A DNA stretch of 63,069 bases, the filler included, from Craspedostauros australis (Eukaryota): NCBI GenBank assembly GCA_030167865.1. It is 4 parts of 4 records of this genome, joined end to end, with 100 filler letters (N's around TTAATTAATTAA, not from the genome) between each part and the next. Parts side by side here need not be neighbours in the genome. Positions count along the whole stretch, not along the records: positions 31,235 to 59,194 come from JALAGF010004993.1; 3 more parts are not named here. The stretch is one strand, 5' to 3'. This document shows positions 48,552-59,294 of this stretch, piece after piece. A program made the position numbers and the translations under genes. The notes below the pieces were generated by a model. That model did no database searches. It was not told the DNA's origin and saw nothing but the letters and a program-made list of their open reading frames with translations. Numbering within the stretch: the stretch's first letter is position 1; the number at the start of each line of letters is the position of its first letter.

Positions 48552-50057
48552 CTACATCTTGCCCATCTGTCTTCCGGCCTCGCGGTCGTTGAACCAGTCT
48601 TCAGCGTAGGCCTTCTCTTCTCCTTGTTTCTGCGACAAGTCCATCTGCGCCGCTTTCCAAGCCAAGATTTGATTGCTGATCTCCACTTGGATGTTCTTGG
48701 GCGGGGACGGCGTTTGCTCTGGTCCTTGATCCTTGGTGTAAGGATCATCGAGACAATCAAACTTCCTCCGCACTGTGTCGCAACTAGGATCCAATTGCAG
48801 CTGTGTGCGATAGACTAAGCACGCCAGCGCACGCGCAGCCACAGCATGTTCCGCCGAGCGTTTGCTGCGGTAGCACACAGCACCTGTCGCAGCGTCGACA
48901 ACGTACGCATCGGCATGGTCCGGATCGACGTACCGACCGCACGCGAAGACTTCATGCGACACGGGGCACACAAAAAGCGATGTGTAGTGTGGTTGGATGG
49001 CCTTTCCCTTTGCGTTGCGCAATGGACGGCGTTGATCGTTGGCGCGCCATTCGTCGATGCGATTCTGGATGATGGATTTCACATGCTGGGGAAGTTCCGT
49101 CTTCGTGTCTGGGTCGAGATACTTCGTGGTAACCTCGCGATCAATCACCATAGCAAGAGCAGCGTCTGCATCGTCGATGGGAGCACCGTCGTTGTCACGT
49201 TCGTTGTCATCAGCGTTCTCCTCCGAACCAGCCTCGATTGTGGAGGTCGTAGTCTCCGATCGACGCAGGACGTGGCTGTGAATTGCGTGATACGCGGCCG
49301 CTTGACTCGCCATCTTGATCGTGCGGAACCAGACTGTTCCGGTCTTTGTATCCACATCATACATTTCTGAATCCCCAAATCTGACTGCTGCGAAGCATTC
49401 ATGCGTCAAGGGACACACGAAAACCGCGGAATGCTTGCGTCCATGGGATGGACCATCATCGTGCCAGTTGATGTAGTTGCGTCCGTTGGTAATCTGCGTT
49501 CGCTCTGGCAGGGAATTGTACATCTCCGCCAACATTGATTTGGGATTGGAGTCGAACTTCTTCTTGATCGGAATGTGACGGAACAGCGTCTGGGGATCGT
49601 AGCATATTCCTGCCTGGGAGTCTGCCGTTGCAACGTCCGCATCCTTCGTCGTTGCCGCTGCCGCTGCCGTCGTCGTCGGCGCTTCCTCATCCGAATCATT
49701 GGGCACCTGGATGGTGGTCGCCCAAGTGAAGAAGGACTTGTCGATTTCAGCGTGATGGTAGAACCTGTACCACATGGCAAGGATGCTCTTGGGCTCACCG
49801 CAATCCAAGTTCAGAAAGGTGGAGCCAGAAAACTCGTTGCGTTCATCATGGTCGAGGTCGGATGTGGGCTCTCGTCGTTGCGCTGGCTGCTGGGGCAGTT
49901 GCTGCCGTGTTTGCACCGAATGTCGGTATGAGACAGCCCCTGAGAGCGCCGCTTGGTGCGCTGTCTCGGTGGCCGCATCCCGGGCTTCGTATTGGCCATC
50001 AGGTTCGTCGTCCCACGAACAGCCATTGCCAACGAAGAGATATCCGTCGGCATCCAT
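48552..50057 (-). CDS. Protein with repeated divergent dsRNA-binding-domain-like modules
   Basis: NPKSMLAEMY...GPSHGRKHSAVFVCP...IKMASQAAAYHAI and PHYTSLFVCP...SKRSAEHAVAARAL follow the dsRBD pattern (PKSxL helix 1, GPxH loop, KKxAExxAAxxAL helix 2). An extra EPKSILAMWY lies upstream. Confidence 0.6.
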   Translation of the reverse strand: MDADGYLFVGNGCSWDDEPDGQYEARDAATETAHQAALSGAVSYRHSVQTRQQLPQQPAQRREPTSDLDHDERNEFSGSTFLNLDCGEPKSILAMWYRFYHHAEIDKSFFTWATTIQVPNDSDEEAPTTTAAAAATTKDADVATADSQAGICYDPQTLFRHIPIKKKFDSNPKSMLAEMYNSLPERTQITNGRNYINWHDDGPSHGRKHSAVFVCPLTHECFAAVRFGDSEMYDVDTKTGTVWFRTIKMASQAAAYHAIHSHVLRRSETTTSTIEAGSEENADDNERDNDGAPIDDADAALAMVIDREVTTKYLDPDTKTELPQHVKSIIQNRIDEWRANDQRRPLRNAKGKAIQPHYTSLFVCPVSHEVFACGRYVDPDHADAYVVDAATGAVCYRSKRSAEHAVAARALACLVYRTQLQLDPSCDTVRRKFDCLDDPYTKDQGPEQTPSPPKNIQVEISNQILAWKAAQMDLSQKQGEEKAYAEDWFNDREAGRQMGKM

Positions 50058-51841
50058 GCTGTGCCCTGCTCAGCTGTCCAGAGAGAGAGAGAGAGAACGT
50101 GCCCTATTGTCAAAGTATAACAGTGGTTGTTACGTTTGCGATACTGCGATGGGCAGTACGAGTATGGTACTGCTCTTTGTGGCTTGTTGTGTTGAGAGCA
50201 ATGGAAACAATGGCTTCTGGTGGGGCCATCAGCGATGCTTCAGGGCGAAGAAACGAAGAGACGGACACAAAGAGAGAGAGAGAGAGAGAGAGAGGGCAGT
50301 CAGAGTGTTCGAATTCGAAGTGTCGCTGGTGGGAAGAGTATCCATTCGTCTGTGTCGATTTGTGTGTGATTTCTGACCGTTGTCTTTGCTCACAATTTTG
50401 TCTTTTCGCGATCTTTCGAATGGATTCGTTGGTGGTCACATCTTCACCAGTTTCCGCAGTTTGTTGTGTTCTGTTGTCGATACAATCCACCAGAAACGCC
50501 GACTGGCCGTGGCCCATTCCCGACACCAACAGCACCAACAGCACACCAGAGGGGGCTTGTTTCTTGGATCCATGGCTATAGCAGAACCCGTGATGCGGGC
50601 GGTACATGAGGGGCAGAGTGATAGGATAGCATCGCTTCATTCGGATAGAGCGCGGTAAGGCTCGACTCTTCCTCGATCGATGCTGTATGAAGGAAAGCAC
50701 TCTTGCTCTCATGTCGTGATAGGAGCCGCAAGCAGAGCGCACAGGTACAGGGCAACACGGCCAGGACTGATAGGCGGCCAAGCAAACTTCGTTCATCTTT
50801 CTCGTTCGTGATGTCATTTCGGCACCGGCTTCGTGTCACGCAACAACGATCGGACTCTTGATGACACGATCTACTCCAATCGATGATGATAGCGGGAAGG
50901 CACTCTTGCTCCAAGTAAGCGCTCGCACATTCAGCAGAGCGTTTCCCCCTGTTTTCTGCCCGCAGTCTGCCCGAATGAAGAGACAGAGAGAAAGAGAAGT
51001 CTATTATGTGTGAACCAGATTCCGTGAACTGTGTGTGAGTATTCCGATGTATTGTAATGCATTATACTCGTACGAATATGGCTAGTATGTACTACTGGAA
51101 GAGTGCGTTGTCCTTGGCTTGTGTCCTGCGGCAATCTTTTTGCACGATTGGTTGCTGCGTGATGGGTGGTACCATGGGAGTACCAGTTTCGCATCTTGTT
51201 CGTGCAGACCGTTGGAATTGTGGCATTACCCCCATGGAAACTGGTCGGTTCGATGCGTTTTCTTGCACCACAGCACAGTTGCGTGCGTGCATGAGTTGAA
51301 CAGACCGAACTGACATGGGCGGGTAGAATCAATCGTGATGTTGCGGGCGCCAATTGTCGTCTCGCTTTTCTTGTCGAATGATGGATGTGTCGTGGTCAAA
51401 CCAAGATCTTGCAGACTTGCCCGTTGCCGATCCATCCATCCGTCTCGCCTGTGCCTTGAGCCCCAACCGTTCCTTTGCGATAGTGGGAGTTTGGAAGCCC
51501 TCCGTTTCTCGAAGCCGATCGCATCAGAGATGACATCGCGCGCGAAGGTGGCTCCGGTGATGGGACTGTACTTTTCTCAGATGGCTTTGCGTCTGTTACA
51601 CTGTCGACGATGAATCATCGATGGAATGCGGATGGTTGTTGGCGTGTATCTGGTTGGTTTGCTTTATGTATGATTGTGTATTGCTCTTGTTTATTCTATG
51701 AAATATGAAACTGTTGTACAGATGGGTGTGGTACATATGAGTACATCGGTGGTGGTATGGATCGGAATGCCAGTTGGGGGGACGGCACCCGCGCGAGTCC
51801 TCATGCAGAGTACGATGCCGTGGCCGTCTCCTGTTTCATTC

Positions 51842-52024
51842 TCACGCATCTTGCTTCTCGAGGTCCTTCTTCGCGTCGTTGTTGGCTGGCTTGACGTATC
51901 TCAACAGACGCAGCTCTTCGGTTCCCATGACCAGGACTCTGCGGTTGTATCTGCCGGCATCGCTTGCTCCCAGATTGGCGAGGAAGAGAGCGCCGACGAT
52001 GACGATGGTTTTGAGACTGAACAT
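51842..52024 (-). CDS. Candidate small secreted peptide (60 aa)
   Basis: ATG ORF with a textbook signal peptide (MFSLKTIVIVGALFLANLGASDA) followed by RRVL and RLLR motifs and a charged tail. Confidence 0.45.
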   Translation of the reverse strand: MFSLKTIVIVGALFLANLGASDAGRYNRRVLVMGTEELRLLRYVKPANNDAKKDLEKQDA

Positions 52025-53126
52025 GATGGAGCAGAGCAGAGCAGATTGTGGTGGTATTGTACTATGGTGTGGTAACTTCGGGATTTGAAAAGGGTTGTTG
52101 CTGCTTTCGCTTTGTTGCTGTCTCCGGTGTGGTGGTGGAGTTGCGCTGTGGTGGAATTGGCACGATTACGACCTGGCGTCTCTGTGCGTTTGTTGGTTGT
52201 GATGTTCGTTGGCGCAGCCGATGTCTTTTTATGACGAGAGAGTCACCATCACCATCACGTCTTGCTTTTCTCTTTCTCACAACGGTCAGAAAAAAAGGGT
52301 ACGTCGTTGTTCCAGTTCCCTTGGTGTCAGTGGGACGGTCGTGGCTTCGGTGAGAGTCTCTCGCTCTCGGCGTCATGCTTTCTCGTTGAGGGACTTCATT
52401 TCTTTCCGGAGAATCAAATGTGTGGTCCAAAACACGACCAAGAGGGAGAGAGGCGACTGGAGACGTGGGACTTGCTTTCTGTGTTGGCTCAAAAGCGCTT
52501 GCGTCCATGCCAGTGGAATGCAAAATATTGTGAGCTAAGTTCCACCACTCAATGTCACATGTGACAGAAACACATGCCTCCGCCAACAAATCCAGCCACT
52601 CTCTCCGTCTTCATTCCTCCCGTGACAGGTTTTTTGAACATGTGGGACAAAACAGCGAACGTGGATTTTGCGAGTTTTATGTGTGTCCGGAACGCACCAA
52701 GTCGTGTGTGTTGCAAGACGAAGCGCGACAGCAGCTCGTTCAATTCCCGTCTAGTCAATGATCGTGACGTCACCAGGTTCGTCACCAAAACGCAATCGCG
52801 TGTGAGCGATCTTCCGCGCCAGCAACAGAAAATGGATTTGTTTGTCGTTCCGCACTCGTAACCTGACAGGGCTCTGTCTAGAGATAGACAGAGGTAGGCC
52901 CAACGTCGCTGATCTACCATGCCAGAGTAGCTCGTACATACAGAAACATTGGGAGAGTAAGGTTGAATAAGACACCAGTACGTATAATAGCTCTTACACC
53001 TTTGATTTGTCTTGTGCTTGCGTTAGTCCATCCGACACAAGTACTTGTACTGTCTGCCCAATTCGTGCTCATATCACACTTGAATGGGGTATGAACGCGG
53101 GTTCTGCTTCAATCTGGTCGATGGCT

Positions 53127-56100
53127 CTATGCAACGACCAACCCAAGGTTCACGGCAACCATGACAAGTCCAACGATCATAGTGCCTGATAGTTTCCATA
53201 ATGAAACCCCTTGAACAGCGCGCACAGCCGTCGACGCTGGTGTTGGTCCCGACGTCGATTCGGCCACCGACACTCGAGTTGGTCCAGGCGTCGATGAGAT
53301 CGCCGGTAGCACAGTTGGTCCAGTTGTGGGTGTGCCTTCTGCCACCTGTGTCGGCGATGACACCGATGGCGATGTCGGCGTGAGTGTCGGTACGACTGTT
53401 GGTACTTCCGTCGGTATGACTTTCGGTACAACTGTCGGTAAGACTGTTGGCACTTCCGTCGGTGTGACTGTCGGTGCAGGTGTTGGTGAAGAGCTTGGTT
53501 CACGTGTGCCACTCCCCGACGGGTTCATGGATAAAGATGGCTGGAACGATGACAACCGTGTTGGGACAGCGGTCGGTCCTTGCGTCGGTGCCGGCGATGG
53601 GACACGCGAAGGTGAAGCTGTTGGTACACTCGATGGCGATCTTGACGCGGGATTGCAGTACGACAACGTGCCGGTGAAGAAGGTAAACAAGTTGCTCTGG
53701 AACCCAGCAGGGCGATTTCCTGCCGTCGGGCTCGGCAAACCGGCGAAGATCTGCAGCGGACAATTGTTTGCACAACCGTATGCGTCCTCGGGATGCGGCT
53801 GGATCGAATTAACGATGTCCGTTGGAACATTGTTGGATACATCCACGCGAAGAGACACGATTCCATCGCTGGCGGAGAGTTCCAGTGGTCGATCAAACGG
53901 AATAAGTTCAGTGTACTCGATCCTGGTCCTGCCGCGGATGTCACCCGAGGCGAGCAGAGTCCAACCTCCTGCCGCGTCCCAGGTGCCCCTTCGGTACCAG
54001 ATTGTGTATGGGAGCTCCGATGTTCCCAGCAATACAAGGTGCATGCCGATGATGTCGACATCCTGGCGGATCGCAACGTCAAATCTGAATGATGACATCA
54101 TTTCGACGAAGTACTGCGGGGGGAAGAAGGTGTTGGCCCAGCCTTCGCAAGTGCTTGTTGGCTGCACCGAGGTTGATGGTGGCGATGACATCGTTGGAGC
54201 CTGCGAGTTTGCACTGCAAAACCAAATTGACCCAATGAAAGCATCGTACTGATTTGGACGAATGCTGTCCGGTCTGTCGCCCGCGACCGAGCTTGATCGT
54301 CCGTACCTCACAGCTATGGCGCAGTCGTCGGAACACGTCACAATATCATCAGGATGCACGATCGGCTCCGTCTGGACCCAATTTGTGAGTCTGGAGTCCG
54401 TGTCGATGCGGAGCGCCACGGTTCCATCTGTCGCTGAAAGCTCCAGCAGCTCGTCAAATTCGATCAGCGAAGTGAACGCTTCTCCCCCTTCTCCATCGAT
54501 GTTCCCTGATGCGATCCGTGTCCATCCGCCATCGGCATCCCAAGTGCCCCTCCTGTACCACACCACATACGGTTGCGACGATGTCCCAGGCACGACCAGC
54601 TGTATGCCTTGCACTTCGATACTCTGATACACCTCGATGTCGAAGCGGAAGCTCTTGACCTCGTCGGCAAAATAGTTGGTCGCAGCCACGGCGTTTCTCC
54701 AATTTGTGCACCCCGAAGTTGGCGCGTTGATGTCGCGAAAGATGTTGACCGTGGCGCACATGGGCGAAGCAGGCATGGGATCGATGGCGAGCACAGTGAC
54801 GGCGATTCCGTTCAGCTGGGTCCCGGGTTCTCTGATGACGTGCTGGCCACCCGAGTCGATCTTTGCCTCGAGATTGGAAAAGTCATCGTTGGCGTACGAA
54901 TCGTAGACATCGTCTGCGCTTGTGAGGAGCACCATGTCGCGCCCCTCAGCGGTCTGGGCATTGAAGCCGGAAGCTCTGTTGAATGCGACGAAATAATTCA
55001 GGATGGTCTCAGGATCAGTGATTCTCACAATAACATGAAAGCTTGGATCAGTGGGGTCGTAATCGACAACGCCACACAGCCTTGTTGTGAAATCGATCTG
55101 TGGGCCGGCGACCAATTCGATTGCTTGATCCGCATACCATCCAAGCTGCCAGCTCTTCGCGCCTGTGCGTTGGGGGCAGAGCAAGCGGTCGATGCATGCG
55201 TCCATACATGCATGTATGATGAAAGGGGGATGGAAGACGAGAGGAACAGATGGTGAGGTTGAGACGCATCTCCATGTCCATATCAGTATCCACATGCGCG
55301 AGTAGAACAGAACAGGCCGCGGCCATCGAAGGCAATCAAGCGGGTTATGATTGTTACCGTATCATCCCACGTACCATTGAATCCCTTCAGGGCATCATAC
55401 ACCAAGCTTTCACCGATCCCTGTCCACGTGTGTTGGCCCATGACGCTGCTTGTGTCGTCGTATTCCCTATCGTTCTCATTGCTGTGCTGCAGCAGGTAGT
55501 TGTGTCCGATTTCATGCAGGACCGTCATCGTATCGTATGCTGCGCTGAAACTTGTGTTGGGGCCATCGATGTTGAAGACAGAAACGTCTCCTGGAAGGAT
55601 AGCGAAGGCTGTCGCACGCCAGCACGGTGGCGATGTGCAAAACGCCGAGCAAGCACCAGAGATCATCGGCCGCGAGGCACAGTGGGCAGTAGGCAGGGTG
55701 AGGCGAGGGCGCGCAGCGATCGAACTTTTCCGCAACACAAGAATCAAGAGCATGCAGAACAAATCGGTGGGCGATTCGGGATGGATGATAGGTGGAAAGG
55801 CCCACTGCTGTTCATCAAACTACCGCGTCCCTTTGCGCGTTCGAACCGTCCAGTTGGTGTACCATACCAATGCAATCCAATCCCCGAGGGTCGACATGCG
55901 CGTTTCCCACATATAGCGCATATCGGACGTCCGCACATCCGGGGCATAAAACTCTCGCCATCAACGACTGTACGAGTACTCACCATACCAACTCTTCTTG
56001 CCGTCGTCCGAAGAACCATACGGCAGCACCAGCAGATAGTTGTCAATTGTGATGGCACTGCTGATCGTTTGGTCGAGGTATGCAACGATGTCATTCATGA

Positions 56101-57220
56101 TCATAACCGCGGTGACATCTTGTGCCCGATCGACGTTGACGTCCAAGATACCATCTGCCGCTCCGTCGACTTGGGCTGGCGAGAAGGTGAATTTTCCAAA
56201 CGAGACGGCCTTGAATTGGTCGATGAAGCTTGGAGAAGCGTTCAGCATGTTGTCGACGATGTCCTGACGAGGAACATTAGCTCCATCGTTCATGATGGCT
56301 CTGATGATGAGGAATTTCTTCTCGCCGACCATCAGCTCATCTGTTCGTGGTCTTCGGGAGTTCTGCAATCTCCGATTCCCAACAATTGCACCCTCTGGAG
56401 CAGCGTCGCTGGCACGTCCCCCGATTGTATCAACCGCGTCAATCGCATCAATGTGTGTACCCGCAGATGCAAGATCTAGCACCATGTCATCGATCGACTT
56501 GCCGTCTGGAAGTTCCAGCGCGTAAGTGTCCAGGTTGACGACCATGTGTTTCAAGTACAACGTTCGCTGTTTGGCTACTGTTGGCTGAATTCCACGCTGC
56601 TTCATCCATTCCATTGTGAGTCCATCAATCGTCAAAGAGACTGGGCCGAAGTTGTGCCGATCGGATCCTTGGAGCAGGCACAGCGGCCTCTCCTTTTCAG
56701 ACCCGTCCCTTCGGGTGATGCGCTGCACAATAATGAGGCAAGGATCTGTCAAAGTGATTGCTTCGGTGCTGATATCGAGTCTTCGATTGGCATGACCATT
56801 GGCAGGGGTATCAATGCCATCGCCATGCAAATACGAAGCATGATGAGATGAGTGAACTTCATCGGTGTGCTGTGTTGATTGTGATGGGGAATGAATTCAA
56901 GCGAAGGCATGAAAGTGGCGGAAGGTGGAGATTCCGTGTGGTTAGACATGATAGTGGATGGCAGTGGGTGTGCTGGTGAAGTTGGTTGGTGGCAGGGCCT
57001 TGTAAAATACATCTTGCCGTGATCGTGGCACTCGCACGGCCATACGCGATGCGTCATTGGCACCATCTCCGAGATGGATGAAAACAACCGCAAGTGAGCA
57101 AACGCGATCCGAGTACTCTCCACAGGCATGCACATCACTCACGAGTGCCAACGACGCGCTCTGTATCTCGTTGAAACAGAGCAACGCAAAGCTGAATGTT
57201 ATGCTTCGGGCAACCTTCAT
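53127..57220 (-). CDS. Cell-surface M11 (gametolysin-like) zinc metalloprotease; 4 exons (57220-57143, 56869-55984, 55608-55375, 55162-53127)
   Basis: Signal peptide exon; prodomain with RRL motifs; DQFKAVSFGKF; spliced WYAFAILPG.VSVFN; HEIGHNYLLQHS...EYDDTSSVMG (zinc motif and Met-turn); spliced FNGAKSWQLGWY; two ~165-aa repeats; PT-rich stalk; hydrophobic C-terminus. Three in-phase GT-AG introns. Confidence 0.85.
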
Positions 57221-59238
57221 GATGGATCTGCCGCGAACAGGGTCAGCCAATCAACTCGTCGAAGAAGTAGAAGGCGGATGTCAAGGGTTGTGTGCAAGTG
57301 TCCTTGTGAAATAGTGTGTGGGTGGCATCATCATCTCCAAAGGGTGGAGCTGTCGTTGTCATCTGGCATCGCGTTGTTCTGGGTTGTGCTGTGGTATTGC
57401 GATGTTGTGTTGGGGCCCTTGTGGTTTGGTTTGATTTGATTTGTTGCCCTTTGTCCATTGTTGTCTGTGCGAGTGGAGGTGTTTGTGGTTCGCGATTCCT
57501 CCGCTCCACGTTCTATGTATTTTTGGCGGCAGAGAGGAGGAAACGCGAACTGTGGGCACCCCTGGCGAAGTGGCGCGGAGCAAAGAGGAATCGTGCGTGT
57601 TTTGTCCCAGCGAGGGCTGTTTGTTGGTCGTCGCAACCAGCCATCCAAGCAATCTCTTGTCACGATAGCAGTATCCATGCCAGTATGCACATGTGGAGCG
57701 GAAGCAAGATCAGGCATCAAAGCAAGGTCGTCATGTGCGCAAAGAGCGGCTTGGAATGATTGTGATTCTAGTTAATTAGACGTACGAGTAGAGCAGAGCG
57801 ATTGGATGTATTCCTCCGTTGTGAAATGATTTCCACTTATCTATTTTATCATCGGTTCGACACCGTGTCGTGGTGGCCGACTTTGGGAGCTGCGGGAGAC
57901 CAATTTCCCAGTCACCTCCCACCCTGGTCTGACGCATCCTTGTTGACCTTTGGTACCCATCGCAGTATCATCAATAGTTGATATACCAATGGATGTAGAT
58001 ACCATTTAAACCACACCATAAAACAGAGGACATCATCTCCACATTTAGACTGCTTGTCCGGCGCCATGCCTCCACGTTTCTGTCACTGAAACACTGTGCA
58101 AGAGTTGGTTCGTGTGCTTTCACTTGTTCGAGTGTCTGGTAGGTTAATTCTTGGTGCGACGTCACTATCTTTTCGTTAAGTCCAAACCGTCCTCCAGTTC
58201 CACAGACGAAATAGAACACTGTGCAACATGCAAAGAACGACGCAATGACAAAATCACGAAACATCGATTTTCTATTTGACATTTTACTTGTGTTCACAAG
58301 CACGCAATCGATATTTGTTTGAAAGGAAACCTGAGAACTCCCCTCGTGTTGTGGACATCGGTATCTTCGTGACCTGTCGCAGACATCATTGCGTTCCCAC
58401 CAAATAAGATCTTTGACATAACGCCACGACCCAACCAGCCAATCATGATGGTCGGTTCATGCAGTGCCATAGTTATTGTTAACTGATGACGCCTTCGGGC
58501 TTCCGAAGGGTTTGTCCGACACGTCACGTTGGTCGTGTTGTGAATTTTCCTTTTCCGTTTTTTACGTTTCGAAGCACATTTTTTTGGTGTTGTCGTTTTG
58601 GTTGCGCTTTGAAAACGCGATTTCCGACTGATTGCAACACTCATCCATTTCCCGAATCGTGTAATTATCGTGCTATTTTCATATTTTTTGTTTCTACCGA
58701 CAACATGCATGGTGTTGTCCAATTGTTGTCTGAATTTGTCAGTATCGCGAGTGTTGTGTGTATGATTTCGTGCTGATGGTGGATTCATGACTACGGAGCT
58801 GTGATGATGTTTGTTGTGTCAGCTGTTGCTGCTGTCGATGACNNNNNNNNNNNNNNNNNNNNNNNNNNNNNNNNNNNNNNNNNNNNNNNNNNNNNNNNNN
58901 NNNNNNNNNNNNNNNNNNNNNNNNNNNNNNNNNNNNNNNNNNNNNNNNNNNNNNNNNNNNNNNNNNNNNNNNNNNNNNNNNNNNNCATCCCATGAGTAGG
59001 TCCGTATGTCAAAAGAACAGAATCACAGGCATCTGCTTGTTGCACAGATCCAAAGCATTGGGGTTGGATGACACATCAGTGATGAAGATGAGATATCTGC
59101 CCACCCAATTGCAGACCGCAAATGCGTGTATATCAATATGCCTGGAGTTCCTCGGCAGTTGGTTGGCGTTTGCCATCATTCTAGCGCCTTGGTTNNNNNN
59201 NNNNNNNNNNNNNNNNNNNNNNNNNNNNNNNNNNNNNN

Positions 59239-59250
59239 TTAATTAATTAA
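59239..59250. other. Artificial contig linker (six-frame stop)
   Basis: TTAATTAATTAA flanked by N runs. Confidence 0.97.
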
Positions 59251-59294
59251 NNNNNNNNNNNNNNNNNNNNNNNNNNNNNNNNNNNNNNNNNNNN

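Noticed and set aside
57852..57870. GGTTCGACACC B-box or T-loop-like motif
   Set aside because: Only a 3-bp stem, with no upstream D-arm or anticodon arm.
57971..58788. ORFs in the AT-rich block, including a possible membrane-anchored 110-aa ORF
   Set aside because: No recognisable motif or convincing exon chain; cannot be supported as a gene from sequence alone.
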